Assembly (NCBI GenBank): GCA_049512675.1
Contig: JBEKWX010000003.1
Coordinates: 1-42,762 of the forward strand
DNA from: Terriglobales bacterium
GTDB lineage: Bacteria; Acidobacteriota; Terriglobia; Terriglobales; Acidobacteriaceae
Reading direction: 5' to 3'
DNA: 42,762 nt
Both the position numbers and the translations under genes were made by a program. The notes below the pieces were generated by a model. The model was not told the origin of the DNA. It was given only the letters and a program-made list of their open reading frames with translations, and did no database searches. This document shows, piece by piece, positions 18,282-26,950 of this stretch (the stretch's first letter is position 1; each line of letters begins with the position of its first letter).

Positions 18282-19922
18282 ATGCAAGGAACCATGATGC
18301 ATTACCCGCTGACGCTCTCTCACAGCCTGGAGCGCGCGGGCAAGTTTTTTCCGAATGTTGAGATCGTTTCCCGGCGTCCGGATCATACGCTCCATCGCTA
18401 CACTTATGCCGGCCTGTACCAGCGAGCGCGTGCTCTGGCGGAAGCGCTGCAGAGAGCGGGTTTGGAGCGTGGCGATCGGGTGGCAACTCTGATGTGGAAC
18501 CATCACGCGCATCTGGAAGCCTACTTTGGCATCCCGATCGCCGGCGGTGTGTTGCACACGCTGAACCTCAGGCTGGCGCCGACAGAGATCGCCTACATCG
18601 CCAACCACGCGCAGGACCGATTCCTGATCGTCGACGACGTGCTGCTCCCATTGTATGAAAAGATTCGAGACTCGGTTCGATTTGAGCGCGTCATCGTGGT
18701 GGGATGGTCGGGCCGCGGCACGAAGCCGGGGCTCGAAGGCCATTTCGACGACTATGAGGAGTTCTTGAGCACCGCTTCCGGCAGTTTCCGTTATCCCGAT
18801 CTCGACGAAAACGAAGCCGCCTGCATGTGTTATACCTCGGGCACAACTGGAGTTCCGAAGGGGGTCGTGTACACGCACCGGTCGGTGATGCTGCATTCGT
18901 TTCTGCTCACTACCGTGGACAACTTCGGCATATGCAACGCCGACACCGTATTGCCGATTGTTTCCATGTTTCACGTCAACGGCTGGGGGCTGTCGTATGC
19001 CGCAACGCTGGTGGGATCGAAACAGGTTCTGCCCGGCCCGCACCTCAAGGCGGAGAGTCTGCTGGAGCTTTGCGAAAAAGAGGGCGTCACCGTTGCCGCA
19101 GGCGTACCCACGGTCTGGCACAGCATTCTGGAGTGCCTGGACCACAATCCGGGCAAGTGGAAGCTGCCACCCATGCGAGTCCTCGTGGGCGGCGCGGCAC
19201 CGTCCCTCGCGCTCGTTAAGAGACTGCGGCAGCATGGATGGAGCCTGGAGCAAGGCTGGGGGCTGACCGAGAGCAGTCCGCAAGCGACAACGAGCCAACT
19301 CAAAGCGCATATGAGGAGTTGGCCCGAAGAAAGGAAATGCGAAATCAAGACGCAGGCTGGAATCCCGGTTCCGTTCGTGGAGAGAAGAGTCGTCAGCGAG
19401 CAGGGGGAAGGTCGAGTGGACGAAGTTCCGTGGGACGGACAAACCATGGGAGAAGTGCAACTGCGCGGGCCTTGGGTAGCCGCCAGCTACTACAACCTGC
19501 CGGCGGAAAACGACAAATGGACCGAAGACGGATGGTTCCGCACGAGCGATGTCGGAACGGTGAACGCCGAAGGCTATCTGAGAATCGTGGACCGTACGAA
19601 AGACCTGATTAAGTCGGGCGGCGAGTGGATTAGTTCCGTCGATCTGGAAAATGCTCTGATTGCGCATCCGGAAATTCGCGAAGCGGCAGTGATTGCGGTC
19701 GCCCACCCCAAATGGCAGGAGCGGCCTGTGGCCGTGATCGTGGCGCAGGACGGGGCCGTGTTGTCTCCGGAGGCGCTGCGCGCTTTCCTGTCGCCGAGGT
19801 TTGCGAAGTGGCAGTTGCCGGATGCATTTGTGTTTGTCGAGGAGTTGCCGCATACGTCCACAGGGAAACTTCTGAAGGCAGAACTGCGACGCCGCTTCCA
19901 AGATTGGAAGTGGGAAAGCTAG
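18282..19922 (+). CDS. Fatty-acid/acyl-CoA ligase (ANL superfamily)
   Basis: 'MCYTSGTTGVPKGVVYTHRS', 'WFRTSDVGTVNAEGYLRIVDRTKDLIKSGGEWIS', 'LPHTSTGKLLK'. Confidence 0.85.
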   Translation: MQGTMMHYPLTLSHSLERAGKFFPNVEIVSRRPDHTLHRYTYAGLYQRARALAEALQRAGLERGDRVATLMWNHHAHLEAYFGIPIAGGVLHTLNLRLAPTEIAYIANHAQDRFLIVDDVLLPLYEKIRDSVRFERVIVVGWSGRGTKPGLEGHFDDYEEFLSTASGSFRYPDLDENEAACMCYTSGTTGVPKGVVYTHRSVMLHSFLLTTVDNFGICNADTVLPIVSMFHVNGWGLSYAATLVGSKQVLPGPHLKAESLLELCEKEGVTVAAGVPTVWHSILECLDHNPGKWKLPPMRVLVGGAAPSLALVKRLRQHGWSLEQGWGLTESSPQATTSQLKAHMRSWPEERKCEIKTQAGIPVPFVERRVVSEQGEGRVDEVPWDGQTMGEVQLRGPWVAASYYNLPAENDKWTEDGWFRTSDVGTVNAEGYLRIVDRTKDLIKSGGEWISSVDLENALIAHPEIREAAVIAVAHPKWQERPVAVIVAQDGAVLSPEALRAFLSPRFAKWQLPDAFVFVEELPHTSTGKLLKAELRRRFQDWKWES

Positions 19923-20037
19923 CAAAATTACGGTTGCTACATCCGCAACCGACGAGCCGAACGTACACAAGAGACGCGGCAAGCTGCGTTCTGCGGGCGA
20001 CATTCAAAAGCCAACGCTAAAAGACCAACGCCCGGGC

Positions 20038-20472
20038 CTACTTCACCTGCAGCGATTCCACGTAGCGATTCAGATTCGCTATGCGTTGCTGCACCACCTC
20101 CTCATGGCCCCCACTCATTTTCCAAAACACCGGGCCCCACACTGGCATTTCCTGATCGCCGTGAGGTACCAGATTGGCTTGCCCGCGCAAAATGCTGGTC
20201 ACTCTGTCCGAAGGATACTTCCCGCCATTGCGCTTGGCCAAGGTCGTTAAATCGGCGGGCAGTGATTTGAGCGAGGCTGCGGCGGGACCATCGCCTTTCG
20301 CGTCCTTCCCGTGACAGGAAGCGCAGTAACTCAGGAACATTTCCTTGCCAGACGCGGGAGAGCTTGGCGGAGCCACTTCATGCTTAACTTCAGTCTTTGC
20401 TTCCTGAGCTGTCGCAACCGTCGCAGTGGCGAAGGCCAGCGCCACCAAACAAGCGAAATATCGTACGCGCAT
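20038..20472 (-). CDS. Monoheme class-I cytochrome c (secreted)
   Basis: Signal 'MRVRYFACLVALAFATATVATAQ'. Single 'CASCHGKDAKGDG' heme site and distal 'EMPVWG'. ATG 20472 is preceded by AGGAGG with a 5-nt spacer. Confidence 0.8.
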   Translation of the reverse strand: MRVRYFACLVALAFATATVATAQEAKTEVKHEVAPPSSPASGKEMFLSYCASCHGKDAKGDGPAAASLKSLPADLTTLAKRNGGKYPSDRVTSILRGQANLVPHGDQEMPVWGPVFWKMSGGHEEVVQQRIANLNRYVESLQVK

Positions 20473-20560
20473 AAATTCCTCCTGTGGTCCCAAGGATTCT
20501 GTTTGCTATGGCATCCTCGCACGACCATCCTTGAGATAAAACTAAAATAGAAGCGACAGC

Positions 20561-20594
20561 CACGCTAGCCGCTCAGGTTCGAAGGGCGAGCGTG
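20561..20594 (-). terminator. Weak hairpin after the TonB-dependent receptor gene
   Basis: CACGCT.GCC / GGC.AGCGTG imperfect stem (20561-20570 with 20585-20594). On the minus strand it is followed by the U-rich 'CUAUUUUAGUUUUA' about 10 nt downstream. Not a textbook intrinsic terminator. Confidence 0.25.
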
Positions 20595-20604
20595 TGACGA
20601 CACC

Positions 20605-23600
20605 TCAAAACGAAAACTTCAACGAGAACTGCAACTGCCGCGGGTTGAACATGGTTCTCGGCTTGCCGAACGTTGCATTCGGAGAATCGGGAATCGGAAC
20701 CGGCACGAGGCCGTCGGCGAGCCAGGCCCCCGGGTTTCCGATTGCTTGCTGCGTGGCGCAAGACACCGACGCAGAACCCTGCTGAATGGCGCGCGTGGTC
20801 GCGTCGTTGTAGTGCTGGGGTATGGCGGGGCTGGCCCCGCAAAAGGCCGGAGAGCCGTATACCGAACTCACTTCGTCTATGTTCGGATGATTGAGCAGAT
20901 TGAAAGCGTCGAAACTCAAGTCGAGAATCTTGCCCTCGCTCACCTTGAAATTCCGCGACAAGCGCAGATCCCAGGAATAGAGCGGGGCGCCGATGTAGGT
21001 GTTTCGTCTGACGGTCGTCCCGCAGTTCGAGACTGAGGTACAGGTCCCGTTGACGGGGGCGCCACCAACACGATCCGTGCTCAGATCAGCAATGTCGCCA
21101 AACACACCTTCGCCGGCGAACAAGGTGAAGGGGCGGCCGGACTGCAGGTTGATAATGCTGCTGAGTTCGAAGTTGCGGAGAACAGTATGCTCGGGTGCGG
21201 TCGCGGTGAAGTTCGTGACTAGATGGTGACGAAGATCCTGGTTGGAGTTGGCCCGCTCGTTAGCGTAGTCGTACTGGTTGACTGGGAGGTTGATAAAGGT
21301 CGTGAAATTCCCGTTGTCGATGGTGTGGGAGTAGGTGTAGTTGGCGGTCATGCGGAAATATTTCAAGCGCTCGACCGCGGTCAACGTCAGCCCGTTGTAT
21401 ACCGCGTTGGCGACGTTGTTGTTGTAGTCCAAAAGCCCGGCGCTCAGGGTCGGCGGAGTCGGTTGTCCAAGGGCGTTTAAGCCGGGCACACCAAATTCCA
21501 ACCCACTTGGATTGACGGGAGCGAGGGGATTGAAGATTGGGAGGCTGGGATTGGCCGCGGGACCCAGATAATTGAAAAACGGGCCCAAGCCGAAGGGCCC
21601 AAGAACGGGTGTTCCGCTACATGGGGTGAGCGAGCCGCTCGGATCGAGTATCCCTTGGGCATAGTAGGGATTGTTGGCTTTTTGCGTGCCGTAAGGGCAC
21701 CCTATATTGATGTTGTTACCACGAACCAGCTTGTGGGCCCCCACGAAGAGATATCCTATTTCGATCGTGAGACCCTTCCCGACCTGGCGATCGATCTGCA
21801 AGCTAGCTTGCTCGGCATACGGGAGTCGGCCGTTACGCTGGATGCCTCCTGCGCCGACGCCGCAGGCTCCGTTCAGCACCCCCGTTAAGGGGGTAGCAGT
21901 GCAAGGCCCGGTCAGGGTCTGTGTAGGGTAAGCTTTGGGACCGGCGCCGAGGATGCTGAGGGCCTGCAGAACTTCGACGCTGATGGTCTGATTCGCTGGG
22001 TTCGGAGGGTTGCCGAGGGGAAGTTGCGCGCAAAGAGCCGGGGGTAAACCCAACTCGGGGCAAGTAAGGGAAGGCGTGGCCGGGAATCCAGGCGTGGCAG
22101 ACAACTGCCAGCCGCCGTTGGGCGCTCCTGTTTGGAGCATCGGAGTGACCACTCCCGAAGAAAATCCGTTGGCTTTGCAATTGGGGTCTGCGCCCGGGGG
22201 ATTGCAGAGGTAGCCGGAAAGGGCCTTCTGGTTTCCGGTGGTGAAAAAGAAAGTCAGGTTATTGCGGTCGAAGAATATCCCGGACCCGCCGCGGATCACC
22301 GTCTTGGCGTCCGGTGAGTAGGCAAATCCAATTCGTGGCTGGAATCCGCGATAGTCCGCGTTAACCGTACTCCCCAGGCCCGATTCGAAATCCCAGCGCA
22401 GACCGTAGTTGATGGTCAGGTTGGGTTTGAATCGCCATTGATCTTGGGCAAAGAATCCCCAGTAGCCGTGGTTGAGGGTGTAAGCATAGTTGGAGTACTG
22501 GTTGGTTGGAAACGCATTCGGCCAGCCGCTGCCAAATCCCCCGCCCGTCGGGGGGAGGGGCTGGTAACCGTTCACAAAACCGGTTCGCGGAACCGCAATT
22601 CCAAAGTATATGGTTTCCAACCCGTTCGCTCCGGGTTGAAGCGCAGTGCAGTTCTGAGGAATCGTGCCGTACGAGCCGGACGTGGGGGTTACGCCGGGGG
22701 GCAGCAAGAGGTTGATGGTGTTAGCGAATGCGTACAGGCAATCGAGGTTCGGGATGAGGTCGCGCTCTGGAGTGAACCCCGGGTAGTTGTTGTAACTCCA
22801 AACGTAATTGCCGTCGAATCCAAACTTGGCGACGTGGTTGCCTTTCACCCAGGAAACGGAGTCGGAGAATTGTGCCCGGCTCTCGTAGATCGCATCATAG
22901 GTTCCGAAGTTGTGTCCAAAACTCAAGTCGTTGACGACGTCCAGGTTCGGTTCGCCAGTAGCTCCGGGGAAGTTGTAGTGGCGTCTTGAGTACTGTCCCA
23001 GTACGGTATTGACCAGGTTCGGTCGGAGCACAGAGTTCAACGTGCCCACCAGCGCCTGGTCGCGGATGAAGAGATTACGCGCCCCGCTCGGAACACCGAT
23101 GCCGCCGCCATCTTCCGTATTGCCGATGAGTTCTCCCAGGTCGCGCGCATCCTCCACGGTGTAGCGCAACGCGAAGCGATTATCGTTGTTAATCTGATGA
23201 TCGAGTCTCGCAAAGCCGTAGTCGTTGTTGACCGTCTTCAGAACCCCTTGAAGATAGGAGAAGGGCGAGCCCGTGCAATTCGCGGGCTTAAGATCGCAGC
23301 CCTCGGGCGAAAGACCCAAGTAGCTCTTGGCCTGATCGATCTGCGTGACGTTGTTGAACAGATCCGGGGCGTAGGTGGGAGATGCACCGCGACGGCGCCC
23401 CTCGTAGTTCAAGAAGAAGAACGTCTTGTCCTTCTTGATAGGGCCGCCGAGGGTACCGCCATACTGATTCTCTCGCAATTCATCGGGTAACGGCGCCGGC
23501 TGCAGCAGCGAGCGTGCGTCGGTGTAGCTGTTCTGCAGGTACTCGTACACCGAGCCGTGAAGCTGGTTCGTGCCAGACTTGGTCACGATGTTGACAATGC

Positions 23601-24324
23601 CGCCGAGCGCCCGGCCGTATTCCGCTCCAAAACTATTGTTCACCACGCGGAATTCCTGGACGGAATCCTGCGGGGGGGTGGCGCGCTGCACGCCCGTAAT
23701 GGTATTGACGAAGTCGGCGCCATCCACCGTGATCTCGTTGCTGAACGAGCGCATGCCTCCGAAGGAGATTTGGGTGACCTCGAACTCGGTGAAGGTCGTT
23801 CCCAGACTGGTTCGGCTGGTAGCGACGCTGGGCGCAAGCAGAGCGAAGTCGGTGAAAAGCCGGCCGTTGATGGGCAGATCTGTGATCTGCTGGGTATCGA
23901 TAACCTGGCTCACCTCGGAGCGGGTCGTCTCCACGGCCGGGGCTTCGGTGCTAACGACCACCTCTTCCTTGACCCCAGCCACCTTGAGAGTCACGTTGAT
24001 GGTAGCGGTTTGACCGACCGCCAGCTCCACGCCGGTGCGCGTGTATTTCCCGAAACCGGTGGAACTCGCTGTGAGCTCGTAGCGCCCTGGCGGCAAACCG
24101 GGCAACGCGTAAAACCCGGCGTCGCTCGATAGCGCGGTGAAGATCTGGTTGGTGTCCAGCGACCGAACCGTGATGGTGGCTTTGGCAATTGTTCGCCCCG
24201 CCTCATCGGTCACGATTCCATTCAGCAGGGCATAACTGATCGTAGCTTGGGCTGTCGCGTATTGAGTCGAGCCCAAGGCGAGGAACAGGCCACACAAACA
24301 GGCAGACAAGCTACGTGATTTCAT
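20605..24324 (-). CDS. TonB-dependent receptor with N-terminal carboxypeptidase-regulatory-like domain
   Basis: Signal 'MKSRSLSACLCGLFLALGSTQYATAQA'. CarboxypepD_reg-like 'NGIVTDEAGRTIAKATITVRSLDTNQ...GFYALPGLPPGRYEL'. Plug region 'GGMRSFSNEITVDGADF'. About 1240 aa ending 'QLQFSLKFSF'. ATG 24324 is preceded by AGGAG. Confidence 0.85.
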   Translation of the reverse strand: MKSRSLSACLCGLFLALGSTQYATAQATISYALLNGIVTDEAGRTIAKATITVRSLDTNQIFTALSSDAGFYALPGLPPGRYELTASSTGFGKYTRTGVELAVGQTATINVTLKVAGVKEEVVVSTEAPAVETTRSEVSQVIDTQQITDLPINGRLFTDFALLAPSVATSRTSLGTTFTEFEVTQISFGGMRSFSNEITVDGADFVNTITGVQRATPPQDSVQEFRVVNNSFGAEYGRALGGIVNIVTKSGTNQLHGSVYEYLQNSYTDARSLLQPAPLPDELRENQYGGTLGGPIKKDKTFFFLNYEGRRRGASPTYAPDLFNNVTQIDQAKSYLGLSPEGCDLKPANCTGSPFSYLQGVLKTVNNDYGFARLDHQINNDNRFALRYTVEDARDLGELIGNTEDGGGIGVPSGARNLFIRDQALVGTLNSVLRPNLVNTVLGQYSRRHYNFPGATGEPNLDVVNDLSFGHNFGTYDAIYESRAQFSDSVSWVKGNHVAKFGFDGNYVWSYNNYPGFTPERDLIPNLDCLYAFANTINLLLPPGVTPTSGSYGTIPQNCTALQPGANGLETIYFGIAVPRTGFVNGYQPLPPTGGGFGSGWPNAFPTNQYSNYAYTLNHGYWGFFAQDQWRFKPNLTINYGLRWDFESGLGSTVNADYRGFQPRIGFAYSPDAKTVIRGGSGIFFDRNNLTFFFTTGNQKALSGYLCNPPGADPNCKANGFSSGVVTPMLQTGAPNGGWQLSATPGFPATPSLTCPELGLPPALCAQLPLGNPPNPANQTISVEVLQALSILGAGPKAYPTQTLTGPCTATPLTGVLNGACGVGAGGIQRNGRLPYAEQASLQIDRQVGKGLTIEIGYLFVGAHKLVRGNNINIGCPYGTQKANNPYYAQGILDPSGSLTPCSGTPVLGPFGLGPFFNYLGPAANPSLPIFNPLAPVNPSGLEFGVPGLNALGQPTPPTLSAGLLDYNNNVANAVYNGLTLTAVERLKYFRMTANYTYSHTIDNGNFTTFINLPVNQYDYANERANSNQDLRHHLVTNFTATAPEHTVLRNFELSSIINLQSGRPFTLFAGEGVFGDIADLSTDRVGGAPVNGTCTSVSNCGTTVRRNTYIGAPLYSWDLRLSRNFKVSEGKILDLSFDAFNLLNHPNIDEVSSVYGSPAFCGASPAIPQHYNDATTRAIQQGSASVSCATQQAIGNPGAWLADGLVPVPIPDSPNATFGKPRTMFNPRQLQFSLKFSF

Positions 24325-24518
24325 AGATCTCCTGTCATTCGAGCGAACGTACGTTTGATTTGCGCTGCAGAACAACCCTTCCTGACCACAGATCACGGAG
24401 TTAACTCCACAACCTTAATAACAACTGGATTCTCGACCTAACCCACGATTCAAAAACCCGACAACGCCCTCACCGGAGGCGGATCATTCCGTGCGAAGGC
24501 CGTGCCCCATCGATCTCC

Positions 24519-25697
24519 TCAAGCTCTGCGCGCCAGCGGGACCAACCTGCCCCAGACTTCCTGCGCCGTTTCCGCCACCAGGCGCAGTTTCGCTTCCTGG
24601 TCCGCAACCGTTACCGCATTGCCTTCAATGGTGGAGGCGAAACCACATTGCGGACTGAGGGCCAGCCGCTCCAGCGGAACAAAGGCGGAGGCGGCTTCAA
24701 TCCTCTTCTTGAGTTCGTCCTTGCTCTCCAAGTCTGGCTTCTTGGAACTCACCAGACCGAGCACAACGGTACGGTCTGCCGGCACTTGGCGCAGCGGCTC
24801 GAAACCGCCTGAGCGCTCGTCGTCGTACTCCAGCAAGAATCTCTGGAACTTCGTATTGCGAAACACTTTTGTGATCGGGCCGTAATCGCCGGCGGCGTAG
24901 AACTTACTCTGGTTATTTCCGCGGCAGAGGTGCAGGCCGAAGGTGATGCCGGGGTGATCACCGATCACGGCATTGTCCATTTCGATCGACAAATCCAACA
25001 GCCGGTCGGGATCGTTGCCGCGCTGCCGATACCCCTCCCGCAACTCCGGATCCAGCAGCGCGGTGTACTGCGGCGAGTCGATCTGGATATAAGTGCAGCC
25101 CAGGCGAATCAACTCTTGCACTTCATCGCGCAGTATGTCGACCAAATCAGCGAGGTAGGCGTCGACCGTGGCATAAGCCCCGGTGGATTTCCTGCTGTCG
25201 TAGTAAGCCGAGGCCTGCTGCGCGCTGATCATGGTGGTTTTGGCCGGGTGCTTGGTGCGCGCGCGCACGTAAGTAAATTCTTCGGCGCAGAGAGGCCGTT
25301 TGCGACGCAGCTTGGAAACGACCACCGGACGCGGCAAAACCAACTGCTCGCCCTTCTCATCCCGGAAAGGAATTGCCCAGCCGCCGTATTTGTCGAATCC
25401 TTCGACGGCGTCAATCAGGTGTCCATAGAAAGCGTAGCGGCGCACCTCGCCGTCGGTGACCACTTCGATGCCCGCGAGAATCTGGAGGTCGATGCATTCG
25501 TCGACGGCACGGTCTTCCACTTTCTTGAACGCGGTGTCCGTGAGTTTTCCCGCTGCGAACAGTTCGCGGGCTTCCTTGAGATACGCAGGACGCAAAAGAC
25601 TTCCGACTACATCACTGTGGTACACGGCAACCTCCACGAATGGCGCATCATCGAAACAACTTGGTTTCGCCGGCCTCACTTCGTCTCGCCGTTGCAC
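24519..25697 (-). CDS. Cobalamin-independent methionine-synthase-like (MetE C-terminal domain family) protein
   Basis: 'DVVGSLLRPAYLKEA', 'VVTDGEVRR', Zn-ligand regions 'GLHLCRGN' and 'LSPQCGFAS'. Start position is uncertain. Confidence 0.8.
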   Translation of the reverse strand: MQRRDEVRPAKPSCFDDAPFVEVAVYHSDVVGSLLRPAYLKEARELFAAGKLTDTAFKKVEDRAVDECIDLQILAGIEVVTDGEVRRYAFYGHLIDAVEGFDKYGGWAIPFRDEKGEQLVLPRPVVVSKLRRKRPLCAEEFTYVRARTKHPAKTTMISAQQASAYYDSRKSTGAYATVDAYLADLVDILRDEVQELIRLGCTYIQIDSPQYTALLDPELREGYRQRGNDPDRLLDLSIEMDNAVIGDHPGITFGLHLCRGNNQSKFYAAGDYGPITKVFRNTKFQRFLLEYDDERSGGFEPLRQVPADRTVVLGLVSSKKPDLESKDELKKRIEAASAFVPLERLALSPQCGFASTIEGNAVTVADQEAKLRLVAETAQEVWGRLVPLARRA

Positions 25698-25789
25698 GAG
25701 CGCAAGAAAGCGGCATCACTGTAATCCAGTCCGAGCCAGACCACAAGTGAAAACTATTGGTCTTAGAAGTGGTATGTTGCGAGATAGTC

Positions 25790-25834
25790 GGTTACTTTTC
25801 CGTGCCCTTTTTGGTTACTTTAAAGTGCCTTTTA
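25790..25834. repeat. Tandem direct repeat (about 22-23 bp x2) in the divergent promoter region between the two MetE-like genes
   Basis: GGTTACTTTTCCGTGCCCTTTTT (25790-25812) is immediately followed by GGTTACTTTAAAGTGCCTTTTA (25813-25834). Confidence 0.45.
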
Positions 25835-25902
25835 CGAAGGGCTGCTGCACGGGAGTATGATGGCGCTCCACCCGGCAGTTGCACCGCGAAGCGGGAGTCG
25901 AC

Positions 25903-26907
25903 ATGAATCCGAATATCAAAGCTACTGTCGTGGGAAGTTATCCGGTGCCCTCGTGGCTGGTCGGTAATACTTCGCGGCTTGTTCTTCGAGATGCCGTGAT
26001 GGCGGTGTTGAAGACCCAGGAACTCGCCGGTCTGGACCTCCTGACCGACGGTGAACTCATGCGCTTCAACCCAAGCCATCCGGAGACCAACGGGATGGTG
26101 GACTATTTCGTCTCGCAGATGGAAGGAATCCGCAGCCATTTTGCTCTCTCGGATTTCGACCGCTTCCGCTCCGATCGCGCCTCGGCGGCCCGTTTGCTAA
26201 CCGCAGGCATGGTGGTCGGCAAGATCGGCGAGGGCACGCTGAATCTGCCCCGCGACTACGAGTTTGTAGCGCCACTCACGAAAATGCCGTTGAAGTTCAC
26301 TTGCACCGGCCCCCACATGCTGTCGCGCATGGTGACGAACTGTTACTACAAAGACATTCCAGATTTGGCCATGGATCTCGCCGGCGTGCTCCGCCGCCAA
26401 CTGGAGTCGATTGAAGCCGATGCGGTCCAACTCGATGAAGCCTGCATCGCCGGCTACCCGCAGGATTCATCCTGGGCCGCGGAAGCGATCAACCACGTTC
26501 TCGACGGCATCCTGAACGAGCGCGCCGTGCACATCTGCTTCGGCAACTACGGAGGACAGCCGGTGCTCCGCGGCTTCTGGCGCGATCTGGTTCCCTTCCT
26601 CAATTCGCTGCATGCCGACCATCTCGTGCTCGAATTTGCGCGGCGCGGCTATGACGAACTCGAGGTCTTCACCGATCTGGATCCGAAAATCGCGCTTGGC
26701 ATCGGCCTGATCGATATCAAAGACAACGAGGTGGAATCGCCCGACCTGGTGGCCTCGCGCATCGAGCGGGTGGTGAAGACGTTGGGCGCGCAGCGTTTGC
26801 ACTATGTCCATCCCGACTGCGGATTTTGGATGCTGCAACGCAGTGTGGCGGATCGCAAGATGCGCGCGCTCGTCGAGGGAAGGAATCTGTTCGAGGGTAG
26901 GGCGTAG
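25903..26907 (+). CDS. Cobalamin-independent methionine-synthase-like (MetE C-terminal domain family) protein, second paralog
   Basis: 'MNPNIKATVVGSYPVPSWL', 'LLTDGELMRF', Zn-ligand regions 'VHICFGNYGG' and 'VHPDCGFWM'. ATG 25903 is preceded by GGGAG with a 5-nt spacer. Confidence 0.8.
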   Translation: MNPNIKATVVGSYPVPSWLVGNTSRLVLRDAVMAVLKTQELAGLDLLTDGELMRFNPSHPETNGMVDYFVSQMEGIRSHFALSDFDRFRSDRASAARLLTAGMVVGKIGEGTLNLPRDYEFVAPLTKMPLKFTCTGPHMLSRMVTNCYYKDIPDLAMDLAGVLRRQLESIEADAVQLDEACIAGYPQDSSWAAEAINHVLDGILNERAVHICFGNYGGQPVLRGFWRDLVPFLNSLHADHLVLEFARRGYDELEVFTDLDPKIALGIGLIDIKDNEVESPDLVASRIERVVKTLGAQRLHYVHPDCGFWMLQRSVADRKMRALVEGRNLFEGRA

Positions 26908-26950
26908 GCCGCTGCATGCCGGGAGTCGAGTTTCAGAACAAGGCTAAGAA

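Noticed and set aside
19931-19951. Hairpin CGGTTGC-TACATCC-GCAACCG after the acyl-CoA ligase stop, considered as a terminator
   Set aside because: It has only a 7-bp stem and no U-tract on either strand. This is insufficient for an intrinsic terminator call.
18267-20003. 578-aa minus-strand ORF covering the whole acyl-CoA ligase gene
   Set aside because: It is an antisense shadow ORF typical of GC-rich DNA. Its translation is low-complexity (Arg/Pro/Gln/His-rich) with no motifs, while the plus-strand ORF has full ANL signatures.
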